Source of the DNA: Perkinsela sp. CCAP 1560/9
Lineage: Eukaryota; Protista; Euglenozoa: Kinetoplastea
NCBI GenBank assembly: GCA_965644495.1
Contig: CBFFSA010000045.1
Span: forward strand, 3,160 to 67,159
Length of the DNA stretch: 64,000 bases
Reading direction: 5' to 3'
Below are positions 23,185 to 33,700 of the stretch, piece after piece. The position numbers were made by a program, and so were the translations under genes. The first letter of the stretch is position 1. Each line of letters opens with the position of its first letter. The notes below the pieces were generated by a model. It worked only from the letters and a program-made list of their open reading frames with translations, was not told where the DNA came from and made no database searches.

Positions 23185-23515
23185 CCTTACGACATTAACT
23201 TTCCGATTTGAGAGATGCTATTGGAGCCTATGCTTCTGTTATATTTAAGTTAATTACCATCAGATTTGGTGAATTAAAGAATTACGTTCGCTGACGTGAT
23301 TGCGGCGGTGAGTTGTCTTATAGTGTTCAAAAGCTAAGTACTAATGGTTCATAGAGATCGATTGATTAGGAGGCTTGAAATTGAAAGTCTGTTTGTTTTT
23401 GAAAAATTTTCTGTAAGTGTGTTCTGTGTTGATATTTTGAGGGTGGAAATATTTAGGGGAAATTTTTGAATCCTTTAACTGGGCTAACATCTCAGTGTTG
23501 GTTGGTTGGTTGGTT
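21811..23515 (+). mobile_element. 5'-truncated ingi/RTE-like non-LTR element with RNase H and a (TTGG)n tail
   Basis: Homologous to 26300-27400 and 59832-60950; composition shifts to AT-rich at the junction; TTGG repeats at ~23498-23515. Confidence 0.65.
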
Positions 23516-24064
23516 GGGGCTCAAATACCGGAGCATCAGGCGCCCCCGGCTACACGCGAACAAGTATTGGAGGCGTGCGAATGGCTGCTTCCGGACGAAG
23601 CCGCGGGCCTGACCTTGGCGTGGAAGACATGCAGCAGAATAGACGATGTCAAACATCTGAGGAAATTAGATTTACAAGTGGTAGATCTCGAGCGGAGAAT
23701 ACTGGGAGTAACGTTTCCGACTCACAAAGGGGATCCCTTCAGAGTAGGGACTGCTATTCCAATGACTTGCAACTTGACGGAGTGGAAAATCTTCATGGAC
23801 CAATTGGACAAGCTGAAGCCAGAAGACAAGTTCACGACTTTAACGACGCTGAGAGCCAATGCCGTGCTGAAGCGGGTGAAAGCAGAGTTGTCGGCACATT
23901 CTGTAAAAAGAGGGGCTCTAGTATCACTCCTCAGAAAGGGAGTTCCACTGTCGGTAATACAGCTGTTGGCCAAGCACAAAGATCTGGAGACATTGTGGAT
24001 ATATCCCCCTCGACTGGAAGTGGCCTTGTCCCTAGGGCTACAGGACGCGACAAAATTACTGTGA
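23495..24064 (+). CDS. Tyrosine recombinase catalytic domain (5'-truncated)
   Basis: R (CSRIDD), K (THKGD), HxxR (HSVKRG), H...Y (AKHKDLETLWIY). Confidence 0.85.
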   Translation: MLVGWLVGAQIPEHQAPPATREQVLEACEWLLPDEAAGLTLAWKTCSRIDDVKHLRKLDLQVVDLERRILGVTFPTHKGDPFRVGTAIPMTCNLTEWKIFMDQLDKLKPEDKFTTLTTLRANAVLKRVKAELSAHSVKRGALVSLLRKGVPLSVIQLLAKHKDLETLWIYPPRLEVALSLGLQDATKLL

Positions 24065-25818
24065 ACCCAGAAAACACCAAAGGACATGACAAGAAAACTA
24101 AATCAGCTGTTTACATACTAAAACGTCAATTACAAGGTAGGTTCCCCTTGCACATCGGTAAGATCACGCTAGACAGCGATAACATTATAGGCGAACCGAA
24201 TCCCGAACCTATCTACGTGCATAATTCAACGGACATTGCTAACATTGCAACGAAGAAAATTGAAGACACAAACAATCAGTCTATGTCTCGCGGGCAGCTC
24301 ACCCGACCACCGAGCGTGCGAGCGTACAAAAATCAGGGAATAATTGCTCCTATCACAACCACAAGACTGTAATATTCTATACTGAACAATATGAATGACG
24401 ATGGCAGCCTAGACTTTTTACATCTACTACAGAACGTCAACGCCTTTCACGCGCACATGCTGCGTGCACCTAAAGGCAATCGACCAGTGTCTCGATTTAT
24501 GAGACATCATTTACCAGACTTATTACGCATGGGGGTTGTAGAGAAGACCGAAGGACCGATAGTAGTACATCGTACCTTTACAGTTCCGAAGAAAGACTCC
24601 ACACTTCGTCTAATCTGCGATTGTAGGAAACTCAACCGAGTTTTCGAATGCCCCCCCGCAATGCACCTACCATCCATACATAACGTGATTGAAAATCTGC
24701 TAGATTCGGAATGGATGGCTCACGCGGACGCACGGAGTTACTTTTACCAATTTTCCCTCGCTCCCGAGATCCGATCCTACTTTGGAGCGGTTTTAGGTCA
24801 CGCTAGAGGAGAAACATGCAGTATTCAATTTTCTTCCATGCCCATGGGATGGTCATGGGCCCCGGCTATTGCACAGCGAGTTTCAAATCGCATTGTCCGG
24901 GACATTGGATTGGCCTGTGTAGACAATTTTCTTTTGTTCGGAAAATCCAAGTCAGAAGTAGAAAACCATGCAAAAGAATTTCGCGCCCGAGTCCACGCAG
25001 TTCAACTAGAAGTAGATGATCTCACCATGAAGCCACTACAGGAAGCGTGCGTACTTGGTATTGAATTTGATCTAAAAAATAAGAAGTACCGCATGTCAGA
25101 AAAGTGGACTGAAAAGGCGTATTCAAGATACAATGACATAATCGGGAATGGGACGTGGACAGCTGTGGAACTGTATACGCTTTCTGGTTTACTAATGTGG
25201 AGGGCCACGGTTATGAAAATCCCACTATGCACTTTTGCACACCTTCTTCAAACACTAGGAAAAGTTGCCAGAAAAGTGCACGACGAAAAGTCTTGGGAGA
25301 TCTCCTTCTCTCCGACCGACCACCTGTTAGGCGAACTGACTGATGCATTTTCCGCACTCAAGCGAAATGTTTGGTTAAAAAAGATAGGTCATATACCCAA
25401 AGAAGAAAAGGTGGAAGTTTGGACTGATGCCAGTTCAATCGCATGGGCTATTCTGTTGTTCAATCAAGGCATTCTCGAAACTGCAAAACAGGGCATGACA
25501 AAGCCCGGAGCCCATATATTCTACTCAGAGCTGAGTGCGGCTCTTGGTGGAATTATGGCAGCAGTCAGAAAAGGACATCGGGACATTCTATTGAACGTCG
25601 ACAACGCGCCTGTGGCCATGGCCCTCCAGAGGCGGGCAAGCACTAACTTCACTGCCAATAGGTGGATGCAGTACATCCCATCAAACACTAACCTGGAAGT
25701 AAAGTGGGTACCTACCAACGCCCAAATAGCAGATCCCTTCACGGGAAAATCCAGCGCTGAAGAATTGACACCACTGCCCTCCATCGGTACTTATATTGAG
25801 AGCCTACGGCGCCCGTAG
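23516..25818 (+). mobile_element. TATE/VIPER-like (DIRS order) tyrosine-recombinase retrotransposon, 5'-truncated
   Basis: YR upstream of and overlapping the RT/RNase H frame, the order seen in kinetoplastid VIPER/TATE. Confidence 0.8.
24391..25818 (+). CDS. DIRS-type reverse transcriptase + RNase H; the same frame extends upstream past one TAA at 24370-24372
   Basis: FTVPKKDSTLRLICDCR, DARSYFYQ, MPMGWSWAP, CVDNF; WTDAS, HIFYSEL, VDN, WVPT...ADPF. Confidence 0.85.
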   Translation: MNDDGSLDFLHLLQNVNAFHAHMLRAPKGNRPVSRFMRHHLPDLLRMGVVEKTEGPIVVHRTFTVPKKDSTLRLICDCRKLNRVFECPPAMHLPSIHNVIENLLDSEWMAHADARSYFYQFSLAPEIRSYFGAVLGHARGETCSIQFSSMPMGWSWAPAIAQRVSNRIVRDIGLACVDNFLLFGKSKSEVENHAKEFRARVHAVQLEVDDLTMKPLQEACVLGIEFDLKNKKYRMSEKWTEKAYSRYNDIIGNGTWTAVELYTLSGLLMWRATVMKIPLCTFAHLLQTLGKVARKVHDEKSWEISFSPTDHLLGELTDAFSALKRNVWLKKIGHIPKEEKVEVWTDASSIAWAILLFNQGILETAKQGMTKPGAHIFYSELSAALGGIMAAVRKGHRDILLNVDNAPVAMALQRRASTNFTANRWMQYIPSNTNLEVKWVPTNAQIADPFTGKSSAEELTPLPSIGTYIESLRRP

Positions 25819-26002
25819 GGAATTCCGTATTTTCAAAGCAAACCATACTTAGACCTCATCTAGTTTGCCCATTAGAAGAAAATAGAAGAACATATAGCAC
25901 ATGGAATGAGTCTAATATTTAATGAGTTACACTTTTGCAAGAATTGAAGAGTTTAGTTTATCCTATTTTCTAAAACAGACGAAATTAAAATGTATGTCCT
26001 TT

Positions 26003-26252
26003 TCTGAAAACCAAAACCTGAGACCACGCGCAGCAGCAGGTGCGCGCCAAAGTGGATTTATGCACTCGTGAGTGCGCATTCCGAATGTTGATGGATTTGA
26101 GTTGCGTGATCCGAGGCACCGCACACGCAAATCGCCGCGATTGAAGTCGTGAAGTCGCAAAACTTTGATGCGCCTTTTTCTGAAAACCGAAAGCTGAGAC
26201 CACGCGCAGCACGCAGGGGCGCGCCAAAGTGGATTTATGCACTCGTGAGTGT
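26003..26252. repeat. ~1.4 units of the ~177-bp satellite
   Basis: Same unit as 45285-46638 (CGCCAAAGTGGATTTATGCACTCGTGAGTG occurs twice). Confidence 0.85.
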
Positions 26253-27463
26253 GCCTCACGCTTGTCACAAATCCTCAATCAGGCCTCACGCTTGTCACAG
26301 AATTTCACTTATTCGAATCTCTGGTTTCACCTTTATTGCTGTATGGCTGTAGAAACTTTTCCCTAATAAAAAAAGACGCTGATTTAATTGACTGTGAAGT
26401 GAACCGAATGAGAAGACTAGCGCTCGGGGTTCGTACTTGGGATGGTACAAGATGTACACCATGTGATGCACTATATGGGAACAGAATGCGACTTTCTAAC
26501 GCATGTCGAGTCCTCCGAGTTCAAATGCTAGGACACCTGATCCGCGGCAATAATCCCTTCAAATCGGTAATGCTACGGCGCAAAGCAACAGGAAAGAAAT
26601 ATCGTCCCACTCTATCAGAGGCATGTGCTGAAGACATGGAACTAGATGTCGAAGATCTCAATGCCCTAGCGGGAGATCGGGATTGGTGGGCGTCGAGAGT
26701 TAAATTTTTGCGTGAATATCTTGAATCTCACAAATCCTACATGGTTTTCGGCTCTAGATCCTGGAAGAAGGTATGCCAGGACTTAGATACTACCACCTAC
26801 AAAGTACTCGAAGGAATTGAAGAAGGCACGGACCATTCTCCTCTCTCAGCTGATTCCGAACACATATACGTAGATGGGGCTGTCAGTTCAGAAGCAGGAA
26901 AACCAGCCGCGGGTTCGGGGATAGTTATTGTTAATTCAAATGGTGTAAGAACCAGACAACACGTTTTACCACCGGAATGCACTTCACCGGATCGGGCTGA
27001 ACTTCGCTCCTTTCTTTTAGGCATTCAGGCAGCTTCGTCTTCTACGAGGAACACAGTTATACATACTGATTCTCATTATGTATGGGACTGGTATCATAAT
27101 GTTAGGGTTCGTTTTTCAATCATTGGACACGGTGGCATGCCAAATGCTGACCTACTCACGCAGATACAAGGAGCAATTAAAGAGCGTTGTACAGATAGTA
27201 GTCTCTACGTTATTAAAGTGCGGGCACAATGCGGGAATTCCTTCAATGAAAAAGCTGATGAAATAGCACGCAAAGCACAGAGAACAGCTGCACGTCGTTT
27301 TTCATGCGTCATTCACACGCAAAGGGAGGGAAACAAATCTAATCACGGTCAAAAAAGGGAGCATGATCTCCAAGAAAAATCTCCACACAAAGTGAATAAT
27401 AATAATAATAATAACAAAAGACTATACACATGCAACTTTCAACGTACACTCTCCTTAGCGTGA
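26249..27463 (+). CDS. 5'-truncated ingi/RTE-like ORF: RT thumb region + RNase H (array unit 1)
   Basis: LFESLVSPLLLYG, MLGHLIR, DRDWW; YVDG, RAEL, HTDS, NEKAD; the start is not a native start. Confidence 0.75.
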   Translation: MCLTLVTNPQSGLTLVTEFHLFESLVSPLLLYGCRNFSLIKKDADLIDCEVNRMRRLALGVRTWDGTRCTPCDALYGNRMRLSNACRVLRVQMLGHLIRGNNPFKSVMLRRKATGKKYRPTLSEACAEDMELDVEDLNALAGDRDWWASRVKFLREYLESHKSYMVFGSRSWKKVCQDLDTTTYKVLEGIEEGTDHSPLSADSEHIYVDGAVSSEAGKPAAGSGIVIVNSNGVRTRQHVLPPECTSPDRAELRSFLLGIQAASSSTRNTVIHTDSHYVWDWYHNVRVRFSIIGHGGMPNADLLTQIQGAIKERCTDSSLYVIKVRAQCGNSFNEKADEIARKAQRTAARRFSCVIHTQREGNKSNHGQKREHDLQEKSPHKVNNNNNNNKRLYTCNFQRTLSLA

Positions 27464-27488
27464 ATATCTTGAATCTCACAAATCCTAC

Positions 27489-28211
27489 ATGGTTTTCGGC
27501 TCTAGATCCTGGAAGAAGGTATGCCAGGACTTAGATACTACCACCTACAAAGTACTCGAAGGAATTGAAGAAGGCACGGACCATTCTCCTCTCTCAGCTG
27601 ATTCCGAACACATATACGTAGATGGGGCTGTCAGTTCAGAAGCAGGAAAACCAGCCGCGGGTTCGGGGATAGTTATTGTTAATTCAAATGGTGTAAGAAC
27701 CAGACAACACGTTTTACCACCGGAATGCACTTCACCGGATCGGGCTGAACTTCGCTCCTTTCTTTTAGGCATTCAGGCAGCTTCGTCTTCTACGAGGAAC
27801 ACAGTTATACATACTGATTCTCATTATGTATGGGACTGGTATCATAATGTTAGGGTTCGTTTTTCAATCATTGGACACGGTGGCATGCCAAATGCTGACC
27901 TACTCACGCAGATACAAGGAGCAATTAAAGAGCGTTGTACAGATAGTAGTCTCTACGTTATTAAAGTGCGGGCACACTGCGGGAATTCCTTCAATGAAAA
28001 AGCTGATGAAATAGCACGCAAAGCACAGAGAACAGCTGCACGTCGTTTTTCATGCGTCATTCACACGCAAAGGGAGGGAAACAAATCTAATCACGGTCAA
28101 AAAAGGGAGCATGATCTCCAAGAAAAATCTCCACACAAAGTGAATAATAATAATAATAATAACAAAAGACTATACACATGCAACTTTCAACGTACACTCT
28201 CCTTAGCGTGA
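27489..28211 (+). CDS. RNase H ORF, array unit 2 (240 aa)
   Basis: D-E-D-H-D residues present. Confidence 0.55.
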   Translation: MVFGSRSWKKVCQDLDTTTYKVLEGIEEGTDHSPLSADSEHIYVDGAVSSEAGKPAAGSGIVIVNSNGVRTRQHVLPPECTSPDRAELRSFLLGIQAASSSTRNTVIHTDSHYVWDWYHNVRVRFSIIGHGGMPNADLLTQIQGAIKERCTDSSLYVIKVRAHCGNSFNEKADEIARKAQRTAARRFSCVIHTQREGNKSNHGQKREHDLQEKSPHKVNNNNNNNKRLYTCNFQRTLSLA

Positions 28212-28236
28212 ATATCTTGAATCTCACAAATCCTAC

Positions 28237-28776
28237 ATGGTTTTCGGCTCTAGATCCTGGAAGAAGGTATGCCAGGACTTAGATACTACCACCTACAAAG
28301 TACTCGAAGGAATTGAAGAAGGCACGGACCATTCTCCTCTCTCAGCTGATTCCGAACACATATACGTAGATGGGGCTGTCAGTTCAGAAGCAGGAAAACC
28401 AGCCGCGGGTTCGGGGATAGTTATTGTTAATTCAAATGGTGTAAGAACCAGACAACACGTTTTACCACCGGAATGCACTTCACCGGATCGGGCTGAACTT
28501 CGCTCCTTTCTTTTAGGCATTCAGGCAGCTTCGTCTTCTACGAGGAACACAGTTATACATACTGATTCTCATTATGTATGGGACTGGTATCATAATGTTA
28601 GGGTTCGTTTTTCAATCATTGGATACGGTGGCATGCCAAATGCTGACCTACTCACGCAGATACAAGGAGCAATTAAAGAGCGTTGTACAGATAGTAGTCT
28701 CTACGTTATTAAAGTGCGGGCACACTGCGGGAATTCCTTCAATAAAAAAGCTGATGAAATAGCACGCAAAGCATAG
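28237..28776 (+). pseudogene. RNase H ORF, array unit 3, premature TAG just after the domain
   Basis: CAG>TAG at 28774-28776. Confidence 0.55.
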
Positions 28777-29244
28777 AGAACAGCTGCACGTCGTTTTTCA
28801 TGCGTCATTCACACGCAAAGGGAGGGAAACAAATCTAATCACGGTCAAAAAAGGGAGCATGATCTCCAAGAAAAATCTCCACACAAAGTGAATATGTAAA
28901 AAGGGAAACTGAAAAATACAGAAGAAGGCAGCACAGTCAGGATTGCTCGTTCACTCAACCCAGAAGCTAATACCGGGGATCCAGTAACGTTTTCTCAGTA
29001 CAAGACATCACGGGGTAGACTGACGAATGCCCCCATTTTTGTGAAGAAAAGCCGCTATATGTAATCGAAATTTGCTGTGTATAACTTTGCGCATTAATCT
29101 GGAACGCTTATTTTCAGGAGTGTTATGTCCTCTTGGTACATTTATTTATCAACGCGTTAATAATATTCTGGAGCATTTATGTATATTTCATTGCTAAATA
29201 TCCGTACTCATACGAAAACACTGAGTGGGGTACGAAAACACTGA

Positions 29245-29979
29245 GTGGGGATAGTATACGGTGGTTTATTTGGCAAGCAGAAGAAGGTATGCCAGGACTT
29301 AGATACTACCACCTACAAAGTACTCGAAGGAATTGAAGAAGGCACGGACAATTCTCCTCTCTCAGCTGATTCCGAACACATATACGTAGATGGGGCTGTC
29401 AGTTCAGAAGCAGGAAAACCAGCCGCGGGTTCGGGGATAGTTATTGTTAATTCAAATGGTGTAAGAACCAGACAACACTTTTTACCACCGGAATGCACTT
29501 CACCGGATCGGGCTGAACTTCGCTCCTTTCTTTTAGGCATTCAGGCAGCTTCGTCTTCTACGAGGAACACAGTTATACATACTGATTCTCATTATGTATG
29601 GGACTGGTATCATAATGTTAGGGTTCGTTTTTCAATCATTGGACACGGTGGCATGCCAAATGCTGACCTACTCACGCAGATACAAGGAGCAATTAAAGAG
29701 CGTTGTACAGATAGTAGTCTCTACGTTATTAAAGTGCGGGCACACTGCGGGAATTCCTTCAATGAAAAAGCTGATGAAATAGCACGCAAAGCACAGAGAA
29801 CAGCTGCACGTCGTTTTTCATGCGTCATTCACACGCAAAGGGAGGGAAACAAATCTAATCACGGTCAAAAAAGGGAGCATGATCTCCAAGAAAAATCTCC
29901 ACACAAAGTGAATAATAATAATAATAATAACAAAAGACTATACACATGCAACTTTCAACGTACACTCTCCTTAGCGTGA
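29245..29979 (+). CDS. RNase H ORF, array unit 4 (rearranged 5' end, no ATG)
   Basis: Junction with 3'-region sequence at ~29280. Confidence 0.4.
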   Translation: MGIVYGGLFGKQKKVCQDLDTTTYKVLEGIEEGTDNSPLSADSEHIYVDGAVSSEAGKPAAGSGIVIVNSNGVRTRQHFLPPECTSPDRAELRSFLLGIQAASSSTRNTVIHTDSHYVWDWYHNVRVRFSIIGHGGMPNADLLTQIQGAIKERCTDSSLYVIKVRAHCGNSFNEKADEIARKAQRTAARRFSCVIHTQREGNKSNHGQKREHDLQEKSPHKVNNNNNNNKRLYTCNFQRTLSLA

Positions 29980-30004
29980 ATATCTTGAATCTCACAAATC
30001 CTAC

Positions 30005-30727
30005 ATGGTTTTCGGCTCTAGATCCTGGAAGAAGGTATGCCAGGACTTAGATACTACCACCTACAAAGTACTCGAAGGAATTGAAGAAGGCACGGACCAT
30101 TCTCCTCTCTCAGCTGATTCCGAACACATATACGTAGATGGGGCTGTCAGTTCAGAAGCAGGAAAACCAGCCGCGGGTTCGGGGATAGTTATTGTTAATT
30201 CAAATGGTGTAAGAACCAGACAACACTTTTTACCACCGGAATGCACTTCACCGGATCGGGCTGAACTTCGCTCCTTTCTTTTAGGCATTCAGGCAGCTTC
30301 GTCTTCTACGAGGAACACAGTTATACATACTGATTCTCATTATGTATGGGACTGGTATCATAATGTTAGGGTTCGTTTTTCAATCATTGGACACGGTGGC
30401 ATGCCAAATGCTGACCTACTCACGCAGATACAAGGAGCAATTAAAGAGCGTTGTACAGATAGTAGTCTCTACGTTATTAAAGTGCGGGCACACTGCGGGA
30501 ATTCCTTCAATGAAAAAGCTGATGAAATAGCACGCAAAGCACAGAGAACAGCTGCACGTCGTTTTTCATGCGTCATTCACACGCAAAGGGAGGGAAACAA
30601 ATCTAATCACGGTCAAAAAAGGGAGCATGATCTCCAAGAAAAATCTCCACACAAAGTGAATAATAATAATAATAATAACAAAAGACTATACACATGCAAC
30701 TTTCAACGTACACTCTCCTTAGCGTGA
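30005..30727 (+). CDS. RNase H ORF, array unit 5; near-identical 240-aa ORFs repeat every 748 bp through unit 21 (41973-42695)
   Basis: ORF track: 17 consecutive 240-aa ORFs with intact catalytic residues. Confidence 0.55.
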   Translation: MVFGSRSWKKVCQDLDTTTYKVLEGIEEGTDHSPLSADSEHIYVDGAVSSEAGKPAAGSGIVIVNSNGVRTRQHFLPPECTSPDRAELRSFLLGIQAASSSTRNTVIHTDSHYVWDWYHNVRVRFSIIGHGGMPNADLLTQIQGAIKERCTDSSLYVIKVRAHCGNSFNEKADEIARKAQRTAARRFSCVIHTQREGNKSNHGQKREHDLQEKSPHKVNNNNNNNKRLYTCNFQRTLSLA

Positions 30728-33700
30728 ATATCTTGAATCTCACAAATCCTACATGGTTTTCGGCTCTAGATCCTGGAAGAAGGTATGCCAGGACTTAGAT
30801 ACTACCACCTACAAAGTACTCGAAGGAATTGAAGAAGGCACAGACAATTCTCCTCTCTCAGCTGATTCCGAACACATATACGTAGATGGGGCTGTCAGTT
30901 CAGAAGCAGGAAAACCAGCCGCGGGTTCGGGGATAGTTATTGTTAATTCAAATGGTGTAAGAACCAGACAACACTTTTTACCACCGGAATGCACTTCACC
31001 GGATCGGGCTGAACTTCGCTCCTTTCTTTTAGGCATTCAGGCAGCTTCGTCTTCTACGAGGAACACAGTTATACATACTGATTCTCATTATGTATGGGAC
31101 TGGTATCATAATGTTAGGGTTCGTTTTTCAATCATTGGACACGGTGGCATGCCAAATGCTGACCTACTCACGCAGATACAAGGAGCAATTAAAGAGCGTT
31201 GTACAGATAGTAGTCTCTACGTTATTAAAGTGCGGGCACACTGCGGGAATTCCTTCAATGAAAAAGCTGATGAAATAGCACGCAAAGCACAGAGAACAGC
31301 TGCACGTCGTTTTTCATGCGTCATTCACACGCAAAGGGAGGGAAACAAATCTAATCACGGTCAAAAAAGGGAGCATGATCTCCAAGAAAAATCTCCACAC
31401 AAAGTGAATAATAATAATAATAATAACAAAAGACTATACACATGCAACTTTCAACGTACACTCTCCTTAGCGTGAATATCTTGAATCTCACAAATCCTAC
31501 ATGGTTTTCGGCTCTAGATCCTGGAAGAAGGTATGCCAGGACTTAGATACTACCACCTACAAAGTACTCGAAGGAATTGAAGAAGGCACGGACAATTCTC
31601 CTCTCTCAGCTGATTCCGAACACATATACGTAGATGGGGCTGTCAGTTCAGAAGCAGGAAAACCAGCCGCGGGTTCGGGGATAGTTATTGTTAATTCAAA
31701 TGGTGTAAGAACCAGACAACACTTTTTACCACCGGAATGCACTTCACCGGATCGGGCTGAACTTCGCTCCTTTCTTTTAGGCATTCAGGCAGCTTCGTCT
31801 TCTACGAGGAACACAGTTATACATACTGATTCTCATTATGTATGGGACTGGTATCATAATGTTAGGGTTCGTTTTTCAATCATTGGACACGGTGGCATGC
31901 CAAATGCTGACCTACTCACGCAGATACAAGGAGCAATTAAAGAGCGTTGTACAGATAGTAGTCTCTACGTTATTAAAGTGCGGGCACACTGCGGGAATTC
32001 CTTCAATGAAAAAGCTGATGAAATAGCACGCAAAGCACAGAGAACAGCTGCACGTCGTTTTTCATGCGTCATTCACACGCAAAGGGAGGGAAACAAATCT
32101 AATCACGGTCAAAAAAGGGAGCATGATCTCCAAGAAAAATCTCCACACAAAGTGAATAATAATAATAATAATAACAAAAGACTATACACATGCAACTTTC
32201 AACGTACACTCTCCTTAGCGTGAATATCTTGAATCTCACAAATCCTACATGGTTTTCGGCTCTAGATCCTGGAAGAAGGTATGCCAGGACTTAGATACTA
32301 CCACCTACAAAGTACTCGAAGGAATTGAAGAAGGCACGGACCATTCTCCTCTCTCAGCTGATTCCGAACACATATACGTAGATGGGGCTGTCAGTTCAGA
32401 AGCAGGAAAACCAGCCGCGGGTTCGGGGATAGTTATTGTTAATTCAAATGGTGTAAGAACCAGACAACACTTTTTACCACCGGAATGCACTTCACCGGAT
32501 CGGGCTGAACTTCGCTCCTTTCTTTTAGGCATTCAGGCAGCTTCGTCTTCTACGAGGAACACAGTTATACATACTGATTCTCATTATGTATGGGACTGGT
32601 ATCATAATGTTAGGGTTCGTTTTTCAATCATTGGACACGGTGGCATGCCAAATGCTGACCTACTCACGCAGATACAAGGAGCAATTAAAGAGCGTTGTAC
32701 AGATAGTAGTCTCTACGTTATTAAAGTGCGGGCACACTGCGGGAATTCCTTCAATGAAAAAGCTGATGAAATAGCACGCAAAGCACAGAGAACAGCTGCA
32801 CGTCGTTTTTCATGCGTCATTCACACGCAAAGGGAGGGAAACAAATCTAATCACGGTCAAAAAAGGGAGCATGATCTCCAAGAAAAATCTCCACACAAAG
32901 TGAATAATAATAATAATAATAACAAAAGACTATACACATGCAACTTTCAACGTACACTCTCCTTAGCGTGAATATCTTGAATCTCACAAATCCTACATGG
33001 TTTTCGGCTCTAGATCCTGGAAGAAGGTATGCCAGGACTTAGATACTACCACCTACAAAGTACTCGAAGGAATTGAAGAAGGCACAGACAATTCTCCTCT
33101 CTCAGCTGATTCCGAACACATATACGTAGATGGGGCTGTCAGTTCAGAAGCAGGAAAACCAGCCGCGGGTTCGGGGATAGTTATTGTTAATTCAAATGGT
33201 GTAAGAACCAGACAACACTTTTTACCACCGGAATGCACTTCACCGGATCGGGCTGAACTTCGCTCCTTTCTTTTAGGCATTCAGGCAGCTTCGTCTTCTA
33301 CGAGGAACACAGTTATACATACTGATTCTCATTATGTATGGGACTGGTATCATAATGTTAGGGTTCGTTTTTCAATCATTGGACACGGTGGCATGCCAAA
33401 TGCTGACCTACTCACGCAGATACAAGGAGCAATTAAAGAGCGTTGTACAGATAGTAGTCTCTACGTTATTAAAGTGCGGGCACACTGCGGGAATTCCTTC
33501 AATGAAAAAGCTGATGAAATAGCACGCAAAGCACAGAGAACAGCTGCACGTCGTTTTTCATGCGTCATTCACACGCAAAGGGAGGGAAACAAATCTAATC
33601 ACGGTCAAAAAAGGGAGCATGATCTCCAAGAAAAATCTCCACACAAAGTGAATAATAATAATAATAATAACAAAAGACTATACACATGCAACTTTCAACG

